Positions 20,660 through 28,206 of a DNA stretch of 64,000 bases are shown here, in pieces. The DNA comes from Candidatus Margulisiibacteriota bacterium (GTDB lineage Bacteria; Desulfobacterota; Binatia; HRBIN30), in the NCBI GenBank assembly GCA_035541735.1, contig DATKMS010000266.1:28834-92833 (forward strand), given 5' to 3'. The notes beneath the pieces were generated by a model that did not search any database, was not told the origin of the DNA, and saw only the letters and a list, made by a program, of their open reading frames with translations. The position numbers were made by a program, and so were the translations under genes. The stretch's first letter is position 1, and every line of letters starts with the position of its first letter.

Positions 20660-21430
20660 ATGCCTGCAAGCTTTCTGCACGACTCCGGTCTCGCCAACAA
20701 GGTCGCCATCGTCACCGGTGGCAGCCGCGGGATCGGGCGGGCCATCGTTGAGCTCTTTGCCGCGGAGGGTGCCGAGGTGACCTTCCTCTTTCGGGAAAAC
20801 ACCTCGGCCGCAGCTGACGTCGTCGCTGCGGGACGCGCCGCCGGGCAGCAGATTGCCGCGGAGCAAGTAGACGTGTGCGACGCCGACGCGTGCGCCGCGC
20901 TGGTGGAGCGGGTGGCGGAGCGCTGCGGGCGCATCGACGTGTTGGTCAACAACGCCGGCATCATCCGCGACAATCTGCTCGGCTTTCTTGAAACCGATGA
21001 CGTGCACGCCGTCCTCGACACCAACGTCGGTGGGGTGTTCAACGTCACGCGCGCGGTCGTGCCGCACATGATCGCCCGCCGCGCCGGCACGATCATCAAC
21101 GTCAGCTCCGTGGCCGGCGACAGAGGCGGGCGCGGGCAAACCAACTACGCTGCCAGCAAGGGTGCGATCAACGCCTTCACTCGTGCGCTGGCGGTAGAGC
21201 TGGCACCACGCCGGATCACGGTGAACGCGGTCGCTCCCGGGGTCATCGAAACCGAGATGTCGCGACAGCTGCGCGAGCGTGCCGGCAGTGAGGTGCAGTC
21301 GCGCATTCTGCTGCGCCGGCCGGGGACGCCGCTGGAAGTTGCCTATGCGGTCTGCTTCCTTGCCTCGCGCTATGCCGAATACATTACGGGGCAAGTGCTG
21401 CACGTCGACGGCGGATTCAAGATGGAGTGA
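20660..21430 (+). CDS. fabG: 3-oxoacyl-[ACP] reductase
   Basis: KVAIVTGGSRGIGRAI, NNAGIIRDNLL, SSVAG...NYAASKGAINAFTRALAVELAPRRITVNAVAPGVIETEM, and a C-terminal ITGQVLHVDGGF. Confidence 0.85.
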   Translation: MPASFLHDSGLANKVAIVTGGSRGIGRAIVELFAAEGAEVTFLFRENTSAAADVVAAGRAAGQQIAAEQVDVCDADACAALVERVAERCGRIDVLVNNAGIIRDNLLGFLETDDVHAVLDTNVGGVFNVTRAVVPHMIARRAGTIINVSSVAGDRGGRGQTNYAASKGAINAFTRALAVELAPRRITVNAVAPGVIETEMSRQLRERAGSEVQSRILLRRPGTPLEVAYAVCFLASRYAEYITGQVLHVDGGFKME

Positions 21431-21436
21431 AGCGAA

Positions 21437-21868
21437 GTGATGCCGATGGAGATCAGCAGGGAAGAGGTGCTGGCGGTGCACCCGAAGGTTGCCGAGATCA
21501 TGGCCGATGCGCTGGCATGCGACGTCGAGCAGCTCGGGCTCGACGTGCCGCTCATCGACGGGCTCAATGCCGAATCGATCGACTTCCTCGACATGGTCTT
21601 CCGCCTCGAGCGCGCCTTCAAGGTGAAGATCCCACGCGGCAAAATCGTCGAGGATGCACGCGGCGAGCTGTCGGAAGCCGAGTTCGAACATAAAGGCGTG
21701 CTGACTGACGCGGGTCTGGCGCGGCTACGCGCCTACCTGAGCGAGGTGCCGGCCGAGCGCTTCCAGTCGCCCATGAAGGTGGCCGACGTGCCGCGGCTGT
21801 TCACGGTCGAGACATTTTGCCGGCTCGTCGTGCGCGCCCGGCGCACGGCCGGGCTGGCAACTCCTTGA
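21437..21868 (+). CDS. Acyl carrier protein with ~60-aa C-terminal extension
   Basis: Helix II region LIDGLNAESIDFLDMVFRLERAF corresponds to the DSLD Ser attachment motif. Total length is 143 aa versus about 80-95 for FAS ACPs. Confidence 0.7.
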   Translation: MMPMEISREEVLAVHPKVAEIMADALACDVEQLGLDVPLIDGLNAESIDFLDMVFRLERAFKVKIPRGKIVEDARGELSEAEFEHKGVLTDAGLARLRAYLSEVPAERFQSPMKVADVPRLFTVETFCRLVVRARRTAGLATP

Positions 21869-21894
21869 ACCACCTTGCCGACAGGTTCGGGGAC

Positions 21895-22737
21895 ATGCTG
21901 CCCCAGCAGCTCGGCACCTTCTCATTCGTCGACCGCATCACCGACAGCGAGGCCGACACGCGTGCGCGCGGCTCGTTCGCCATTCCCGCGGCGCTGGCGC
22001 ACTTCTCCCCTTGCCTGGTCGCCGAAGCAGTGGGGCAGCTTGCCGCATGGGTCGTAATGGCGCGGCATGATTTCCGGCGGCGGCCGCTCGCGGCACTGGC
22101 CGGCGAGGCACATCTCCTCGCTGATGCACTGCCGGGCCGGATTCTCGAACTTGGCGTCGAGATCGAAGAGTGGGATGATGACGCCGTGGGGTATGCGGGC
22201 TGGGCATCCATCGGCGACACGCCGGTCATCCAAGTGAGGAACTGTGTGGGAGCGCTGTTGCCGCTGGAGAACTTCGACGACCCGGTGACGGCACGCGATC
22301 GCTTTGCGTTGCTGCGCGGTCCAGGTGCTCAGCCCGGTCGCTTTCCTGGCGTCGCCGATGCCGGCATCCGGTTGATCGAGCGTGAACCGGGCAGGCGGCT
22401 GCGGGCGTTGATGAACGTTCCGGAGTCAGCGCCATTCTTTGCGGAGCACTTTCCACGTCGTCCGCTGTATCCGGCGACGCTCCTTCTCGATGCCCAGATC
22501 CGCCTGGCCATCGACCTGGCGCGCGAGGTGGATCGGCCGGCGGCGTACGTCCGTGTTCGGCCCGTGCGGGTCGCGGACGTCAAGCTGCGATCATTCATCC
22601 TTCCCGGTCAGGCGATAGAGACAACGGCGGAGGTGGCTGCGGGGTCGAGCCATACGGTGCTCATTGCGCTCGCCGCCACAGTGGAGGGAAAGCGGGTGGC
22701 GACAGCGCGTGTGGAAGTGGCCGCGGAGGAAACGTGA
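21895..22737 (+). CDS. Double-hotdog FabA/FabZ-like beta-hydroxyacyl-ACP dehydratase
   Basis: First half FSFVDRITD...AHFSPCLVAEAVGQLAAW. Second half ESAPFFAEHFPRRPLYPATLLLDAQIRL (FabZ-like HF..P..PG pattern). An alternative TTG start at 21865 would overlap the ACP stop. Confidence 0.65.
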   Translation: MLPQQLGTFSFVDRITDSEADTRARGSFAIPAALAHFSPCLVAEAVGQLAAWVVMARHDFRRRPLAALAGEAHLLADALPGRILELGVEIEEWDDDAVGYAGWASIGDTPVIQVRNCVGALLPLENFDDPVTARDRFALLRGPGAQPGRFPGVADAGIRLIEREPGRRLRALMNVPESAPFFAEHFPRRPLYPATLLLDAQIRLAIDLAREVDRPAAYVRVRPVRVADVKLRSFILPGQAIETTAEVAAGSSHTVLIALAATVEGKRVATARVEVAAEET

Positions 22738-24035
22738 GCACGGAACGACGCCGCGTCGCGGTCACCGGGTTGGGTCTCGTCACCCCGCTCGGCAACGATG
22801 TCCGCACGACGTGGGAGGCCTTGCTCGCCGGCCAGAGTGGCGTGGGCCCGATCACGACCTTTGACGCGAGCGGCTTTCCCGTGTGCATCGCCGCCGAGGT
22901 GAAGGAATTCGAGCCGACTCGACACATCGACGACCGCAGACTGCTCAAGTTCGCCAGCCGCTTGCACGCCTTCGCGCTGGTTGCTGCCGACGAAGCGCTG
23001 CACGATGCCGGCATCCGACCGGTTGCGGACACTGCGGAGCGCTGGGGTTGCGTCGTAGGCAGCGGCATCATGGGCAGCGAGTTTCATGAGCTCGCGGCGG
23101 TGCAGCGCGCTTGCGCACCCGATGGCCAGCTGAGTGTGCCGCGTCTCTTTGCCGATGACGCGGCTGCGGATCCCATGGCATTCTGCCGCAGCCAGACGAG
23201 TGCGGGGCTGGGTGTGTTGTTGCGGCGCTTCGGCATTCGCGGCTACGCCAGCACCGTGCATACCGCCTGTGCATCCGGAGGCCAGGCGGTGGGGTTGGCG
23301 ATGAAGTTGATCCGGCGAGGCACTGCCGACTATGTGCTCGCCGGCGGCTGCGACTCGATGATCAATCCCGTCGGGCTGTCGGGCTTCTGTTTGCTCGGCG
23401 CCCTCTCGCCCGACAGCGACGCGCCGCAGCGGGCCAGTCGCCCCTTCGATGCCACGCGCAACGGCTTTGTGCTCGGAGAGGGCGCCGGCTTTCTCGTGCT
23501 CGAAGAGTGGACGGCGGCATGCCGACGCGAGGCGCGCATCTACGCGGAACTCGCCGGGGACGGCAACTCGTTGAGCAGTTACCGCATCACCGACTCCCAT
23601 CCATCCGGCGATGGGCCGATCCAGGCGATGCGCCAGGCTTTGGCGGACGCCGGAGTGCTCCCGGAAGAGGTGGACTACTTGAACGCCCACGGTACATCGA
23701 CACCAATGAACGACCGCAGCGAGTGTGCCGCGGTGCGCGCGGTGTTCGGCGCTCACGTGCCGCAGATTGCCGTGAGCTCGACCAAGAGTCTCATGGGGCA
23801 TCTCATCGCCGGCGCCGGCGCCGTCGAGGCGGCCATCTGCGCCCTGGCTATCCATCACGGCGTCCTGCCGGTGAACGCGAACCTCGAAGAGCCCGATCCG
23901 GAGTGTGCGCTGTCATTCGTTCTTGCCCGGCCCCATCGCCAACATGTGCGCGTGGCCATGTCGAACTCATTCGGCTTCGGCGGCTCGAACAGTTGCGTTG
24001 TCCTACGCAACACCGAAGCGGTGCGCGGGAAGTGA
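22734..24035 (+). CDS. Beta-ketoacyl-ACP synthase (FabF/FabB-like, catalytic triad intact)
   Basis: RRVAVTGLGLVTPLGN. Cys site VHTACASGGQAV. His sites NAHGTSTPMND and KSLMGHLIAGAG. GTGA overlap with the dehydratase stop. Confidence 0.9.
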   Translation: MSTERRRVAVTGLGLVTPLGNDVRTTWEALLAGQSGVGPITTFDASGFPVCIAAEVKEFEPTRHIDDRRLLKFASRLHAFALVAADEALHDAGIRPVADTAERWGCVVGSGIMGSEFHELAAVQRACAPDGQLSVPRLFADDAAADPMAFCRSQTSAGLGVLLRRFGIRGYASTVHTACASGGQAVGLAMKLIRRGTADYVLAGGCDSMINPVGLSGFCLLGALSPDSDAPQRASRPFDATRNGFVLGEGAGFLVLEEWTAACRREARIYAELAGDGNSLSSYRITDSHPSGDGPIQAMRQALADAGVLPEEVDYLNAHGTSTPMNDRSECAAVRAVFGAHVPQIAVSSTKSLMGHLIAGAGAVEAAICALAIHHGVLPVNANLEEPDPECALSFVLARPHRQHVRVAMSNSFGFGGSNSCVVLRNTEAVRGK

Positions 24036-24041
24036 AGACGG

Positions 24042-25319
24042 ATGGGCGCCGACGCAACGCGGGTGACGATCACCGGCGCCGGTGCGATCTGCGGCGCCGG
24101 CAAGGACCCGGACGCAATCTGGGAGGTGGTGCGCGCTGGGCGATCGGCAATTGCACCGATTCGCCAGTGGGAGGCTGCGGGTGTGCCGCTGCCGCCGGCC
24201 GGCGAGGTCGCGGATCTGGACGCGCGCGAGCTGGTCGCGGATCGCAAGGTCCACAAGGTGCTCCGGCGCACGGACTTGCTCGGCTTGTACGCGGCGGGCA
24301 AGGCCATCGAGGACGCGTCTCTCGTCGCGTATCGCGCGACCCTTGATCCCGTCGCTGCCGCAACCTACAGCGATCGTACCGCGGTCTTCGTCGGCTCAGG
24401 CGGCGGCACGTATCAGAGCCAATACGATTTCTTCCCCTTGCTCACGGCAGTGCAGGGGGACCTGCGCGCGTTTGGCGGCGCGCTGAACGCGACAATCAAC
24501 CCGATGTGGTTGTTGCGCACGCTGCCGAACAACGTGCTGTGTCATATCGGGATACGATATGGGTTCAAGGGGGCGAACGCCTGCGTGACGCATCACAGTG
24601 TCAGCGGAACGCTGGCCATCGCCGAAGCCGCCGCGGCGCTGCGTGCAGGCGAGGCGGAGCGTGCCGTCGCCGTCGGACACGACGCGCCGATCGAGCCACA
24701 GACCATCCTCTACTACCAGCGACTCGGGCTCCTCGCGGCGGATGCCATTCGCCCCTTTGATGGTGCGCGTAGCGGCAGCCTGCTCGGCGAGGGTGCAGCG
24801 GCAGTGGTGCTCGAGACGGCAGCGGCCGCCGCCGCACGCGGCGCCAAAGTCCTCGGCGAGTTCCTCGGCAGCGCTTGCACTGCCGAAGCAGAAGGGCTGT
24901 TGGCCATCCGCGCCGACGGCGACGGCCTGGCACGTGCCATCACACTGGCGCTCGACGACGCCGGGCTGCAGCCTGCCGATGTGGGCATGATCGTGGCGCA
25001 TGGCAACGGCACGCGTGCGTCCGATGCGGTGGAAGCCGCCGTGATCCAGCGGCTGTTCGGCCGGACGCCGCCACCAGTCACCGCGTTCAAGTGGGCGTTC
25101 GGCCACCTCCTGGCTGCCTCCGGTGTCGTCGACGCGGTGCTGGCGCTGATGGCCCTACGCCGCGGCATCGTGCCCGGTATCGCGACGCTGTGTCACCGCG
25201 ATCCCGAGTTCGGAGGTTTGCCAGTATCTGCCGGGCCACAGCTGCCGCGCAGCAACGTGGCGCTGGTCATCAGCCGCGGCTTCGCGGGGACTACCGTCGT
25301 GCTGCTCGTCCGAGCGTGA
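24042..25319 (+). CDS. Ketosynthase-like partner subunit with Ser at the active-site Cys position (chain-length-factor-like)
   Basis: Thiolase-fold KS throughout. The active-site region reads NACVTHHSVSGTLAI instead of xTACASG. The His motifs VAHGNGTRASD and FGHLLAASG are retained. Confidence 0.8.
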   Translation: MGADATRVTITGAGAICGAGKDPDAIWEVVRAGRSAIAPIRQWEAAGVPLPPAGEVADLDARELVADRKVHKVLRRTDLLGLYAAGKAIEDASLVAYRATLDPVAAATYSDRTAVFVGSGGGTYQSQYDFFPLLTAVQGDLRAFGGALNATINPMWLLRTLPNNVLCHIGIRYGFKGANACVTHHSVSGTLAIAEAAAALRAGEAERAVAVGHDAPIEPQTILYYQRLGLLAADAIRPFDGARSGSLLGEGAAAVVLETAAAAAARGAKVLGEFLGSACTAEAEGLLAIRADGDGLARAITLALDDAGLQPADVGMIVAHGNGTRASDAVEAAVIQRLFGRTPPPVTAFKWAFGHLLAASGVVDAVLALMALRRGIVPGIATLCHRDPEFGGLPVSAGPQLPRSNVALVISRGFAGTTVVLLVRA

Positions 25320-25327
25320 GGGTGACG

Positions 25328-26536
25328 ATGGCAATGACGGTGCGTTCGGATCCGCTGATGCGCTGTGGTATCGACACCGTGGAGATTGCCCGCGTCGAGC
25401 GCCTGCTCCGCGAGACTCCCGCTGACGATCTCCTCAAGATCTTTTCTCGTGAGGAGTTATTGGAGAGTGGTCACAATGCGGGGCGCGCCGCGAGCCTGGC
25501 GGCGCGGTTTGCGGCGAAGGAAGCGTGCCTCAAGCTCTTCCCGAGCGAAACGGCGCTGGGCGTGATCGGCCCGAGCGACTTTTCCGTCGCCCGTGACGGC
25601 TACGGCGCACCCCAGGTCAGGTGCAGCCACAAGGCTCTGGAGGTCTTGGATCGGTACCGGGTCAAAACCATCGCGCTGTCGTTGACACACGACAAGACCA
25701 GCGCGTCGGCTGTCGCTCTGTCTGAGCCCGCCCACGTCGACGTGCCACGCAGCGGCAAGATCATCTTCTACCTGCTGCCGATTCGCCGACAGGTGATGTT
25801 GGCCAATCTGTATCGCGTCTTCGGCGGGCGGCTCACCAATGCGGATATCAAGCGTCTCGCCCAGGCGCACTACGGGCATCTCGCCCGCGTGTGCATCGAG
25901 TTCTTCACGTCTGCGTGGCGCTCACCGGCCGTCCGCGTGGAGAACATCGACGCCATCCTGCGCGCGCACGCGCAGGGGAAGGGTGTGCTCGTGCTCACCG
26001 GCCATTTCGGGAATTGGGAGGTGGCGACCGTCGGCGGCATCCAGACCTTCCCCGAGTATCGCGGGCAGTTTCACTTCGTCCGGCGGCCGCTGTTCCCGCG
26101 GTGGCTCGAGCGTCTGGTGACGCGACGCTTTCGCCGCAGCGGCCTCGGCGTGTTGCCGAAGCGCGGCGCGCTCGATGCGATTCTCGACCGCCTGGCAGCC
26201 GGCGATGCCGTGGTGTTCGTCTTCGATCAGCATGCGGGCGGCAGAGACGGCATCGCCGTCGACTTCTTCGGGTACGCAGCCGGCACCTTTCGCAGCCTCG
26301 CAGTCATCGCGCTGGCCACCGGTGCGCCGGTCGTGCCGAGCGCGACGTGGCGGGAGGCGGACGGGAGCCACGTGCTGCGGTTCGAGGAAGCGCTACCCGT
26401 CATCGAGGACGAAGATACGAACGCGGCGATCCGCGCCAACACGCGCGCCTACAACGCGGCCATCGAGCGGCTCGTCCTGCGGCACCCCGAGCAGTGGTTC
26501 TGGCTGCATCGGCGGTGGAAGCCGACTTCTCCGTGA
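25328..26536 (+). CDS. Fusion protein: AcpS-type holo-ACP synthase (PPTase) plus lipid A late acyltransferase (LpxL/HtrB family)
   Basis: N-terminal ~125 aa: CGIDTVEIARVERLL, ARFAAKEACLKLF, IALSLTHDKTSASAVAL. The rest: YLLPIRRQVMLANLYRVFG, LTGHFGNWE (HX4E), FDQHAGGRDGIAVDFFG, HPEQWFWLHRRWK. There is no stop or frame change between the halves. GTG at 25322 is an alternative start. Confidence 0.8.
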   Translation: MAMTVRSDPLMRCGIDTVEIARVERLLRETPADDLLKIFSREELLESGHNAGRAASLAARFAAKEACLKLFPSETALGVIGPSDFSVARDGYGAPQVRCSHKALEVLDRYRVKTIALSLTHDKTSASAVALSEPAHVDVPRSGKIIFYLLPIRRQVMLANLYRVFGGRLTNADIKRLAQAHYGHLARVCIEFFTSAWRSPAVRVENIDAILRAHAQGKGVLVLTGHFGNWEVATVGGIQTFPEYRGQFHFVRRPLFPRWLERLVTRRFRRSGLGVLPKRGALDAILDRLAAGDAVVFVFDQHAGGRDGIAVDFFGYAAGTFRSLAVIALATGAPVVPSATWREADGSHVLRFEEALPVIEDEDTNAAIRANTRAYNAAIERLVLRHPEQWFWLHRRWKPTSP

Positions 26537-26612
26537 GCGGGAGGGACTGATGCGGGCTGCGGACAACGGCCTCAGGCGCCATCCACGCGAGCGCCCGATC
26601 GGCAGTTCCCCG

Positions 26613-27296
26613 CTACCCGAGGGCGACAGGCGGCCCCCACCCGCGTGCGGCGGTTGCGAGAAACGCCTCCTGGATTTCCTGTACGCTGTAGGCGGCCCCC
26701 TCAGCCGTCGGAGGCAACAAGCGCAGCTCCGCCTCCACCCGTGCAAACGGCAGAGGCAGGCGGGCACGGTCCCACGACTTGAACGTGACGGCGTGGCTGG
26801 CCGCGGTTCTGGCAACGACCACCGCTGCATGCGCCGCGGACACCGTGCGTGCCACACCGTCCTTGACCACGCCGCGCGGGCCACGCGGTCCATCGACTGC
26901 CAGAACGCCGATGGCACCCGCTTGTATGCGCTGAATGAACTCCTGCGCGCCGTCGACGCCGCGCGTAGCGCTCGGCAGCGCGACGGAATCGACGCCGAAG
27001 TGGTTGAGCGTGGCGGCCATGAGTCTGCCGTCGAGGCTCGGGGTCAACAGCCCGAGCCAGCGGCGTCCGAATGGCTCCCACATGCGGGCCCAGGCCAGCG
27101 ATGGCGGCAGCTCCCCGTGGCATACCACCACGATGACCCGCGGCTGCCGGGCGATTTCCTGCACCGTCGCCTCCGGCAGTTCACGCCGCCGCCAGCTCCA
27201 GACCAACAGGCGAAGCGGAACGATGGCGACGGGCACCACCAGCTTTTCGAGAATCCAGAAGCGCAGCTCCCGCAGCCGTCTGGTCAATGGAGCCAT
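26613..27296 (-). CDS. DUF374 family protein (lysophospholipid-acyltransferase-like, usually Kdo-transferase associated)
   Basis: N-terminal helix followed by ...VVVCHGELPP...LLTPSLDGRLMAATLNHFGVDSV...GAIGVLAVDGPRGPRGVVKDG, which is typical of DUF374 proteins. Confidence 0.7.
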   Translation of the reverse strand: MAPLTRRLRELRFWILEKLVVPVAIVPLRLLVWSWRRRELPEATVQEIARQPRVIVVVCHGELPPSLAWARMWEPFGRRWLGLLTPSLDGRLMAATLNHFGVDSVALPSATRGVDGAQEFIQRIQAGAIGVLAVDGPRGPRGVVKDGVARTVSAAHAAVVVARTAASHAVTFKSWDRARLPLPFARVEAELRLLPPTAEGAAYSVQEIQEAFLATAARGWGPPVALG

Positions 27297-27312
27297 GGGG
27301 GCGCAGCGATCG

Positions 27313-28200
27313 TCAGCGGTGGGCGAGGCGGGCGCCGCACAGCTTCTCCAAGATACTGAGCGGTGCCTTGTCGGGTAGGAGCAGGCTGCGGCGCGGGATG
27401 ATGTAGGTTTGCTCCAAGGCGTAGCGTCCCGACAGCGCCGCGTGCGGCACGAAATCGGTGAACACGATCCAGGTCGAATTCGGCGGAAACTCCCACTCGT
27501 GTTTCTTGCACGTGGCTTGGAACAGGCGATTCGCCTTCAGGTAGTCGTGAAAACGCAGCATGAGATCGTCGTAGAGCGAGGGCTGCCGAACGCGGATGCC
27601 GGCGGCACGGGCTGCTTTGACGATGCGGCGGCGCCACTGCGTCGCCACGGGCAGTGTCAGCGCCGCTGAGCCGGTGAACTGCGAGGCCAAGACGTCGAAG
27701 GCATCGGTGGTCACCCAGCGGCGCGGCTCGCGCGGATTGATATTGCTGAACACCCGCAGAATGCGGTTGCCATTGGTCGGCCGCGAAGGAAAGGCGTCGA
27801 TGTGTAACAGGTCGTTGCGCGCCCGCCGCGGCAGGCTGCGTCCCTCCTCCTCTTGCGGCCGGAAGCTGGCGTAGTCGACCGTCCACGCCCCGGCGTAGAG
27901 CGGCAGCAGTGATGCCAGAAAGTGTGTGACCTGTTGCGAATATCGCCGCATGATGGAACGCAGCGTCTCTGCATCCCCCGAGTGGCGCTCGACGAACCCG
28001 CTGACACGGTCCCGCTGCGGTTCATAGGCGATGTTCTTATGACGCCTATCCAATTGTTGGGCGAGCAGGAACGCGCGCTGGTCAGCGTCGAGGTCGAAGG
28101 GCAGTTGAGGAAACACGAGCAGCTGCCCCTCCTCCAGGCGCCTGCTGTACGCGCGTCCCTGGTCACCATTTCCGTTGTCGTTGGGTTGTGACAAGTTCAT
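27313..28200 (-). CDS. kdoO: Kdo hydroxylase (Fe(II)/2-oxoglutarate Kdo2-lipid A dioxygenase family)
   Basis: LLHIDAFPSRPTNGNRILRVFSNINPREPRRWVT (HxD facial-triad motif) and VFTDFVPHAALSGRYALEQTYIIP (distal His) match my recollection of the Kdo_hydroxy family. The context is waaF, DUF374 and waaA. Confidence 0.7.
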   Translation of the reverse strand: MNLSQPNDNGNGDQGRAYSRRLEEGQLLVFPQLPFDLDADQRAFLLAQQLDRRHKNIAYEPQRDRVSGFVERHSGDAETLRSIMRRYSQQVTHFLASLLPLYAGAWTVDYASFRPQEEEGRSLPRRARNDLLHIDAFPSRPTNGNRILRVFSNINPREPRRWVTTDAFDVLASQFTGSAALTLPVATQWRRRIVKAARAAGIRVRQPSLYDDLMLRFHDYLKANRLFQATCKKHEWEFPPNSTWIVFTDFVPHAALSGRYALEQTYIIPRRSLLLPDKAPLSILEKLCGARLAHR

Positions 28201-28206
28201 GAGGCG

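Noticed and set aside
19892-21691. 599-aa minus-strand ORF spanning fabL, fabG and the ACP gene
   Set aside because: It is antisense to three genes with clear family motifs. Its translation is Arg/Gly/Ala/His-rich with no recognisable motif. This is a typical shadow ORF of high-GC DNA.
22608-23858. 416-aa minus-strand ORF antisense to the ketosynthase gene. Similar long antisense ORFs occur at 1564-2571, 2932-3867, 10024-10851, 16803-18029, 30676-31677, 32542-34020, 34862-36187, 41442-42491, 46769-47716, 49038-49976, 52783-53808 and 57834-59105.
   Set aside because: Each overlaps a gene with strong motif support on the other strand and has low-complexity, Arg-rich composition. I found no independent evidence for any of them.
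24875-25327. N-terminal 151-aa extension of the AcpS-LpxL ORF in the track (553 aa)
   Set aside because: The extension lies entirely within the KS-like gene in another frame and is Arg/Ala-rich. The AcpS domain begins right after the ATG/GTG at 25322-25328, immediately past the upstream stop.
19889-26536. Interpretation of the KS / KS-like / ACP / DH / KR / LpxL-like block as an aryl-polyene (APE) pigment cluster
   Set aside because: APE clusters share several of these gene types. However, I see no adenylating/ammonia-lyase starter enzyme, methyltransferase, thioesterase, LolA-like or MMPL/RND export genes. An enoyl reductase (FabL type) is present, which argues for a saturated chain, and the context is the lipid A/Kdo core. 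This needs a proper HMM comparison to settle.
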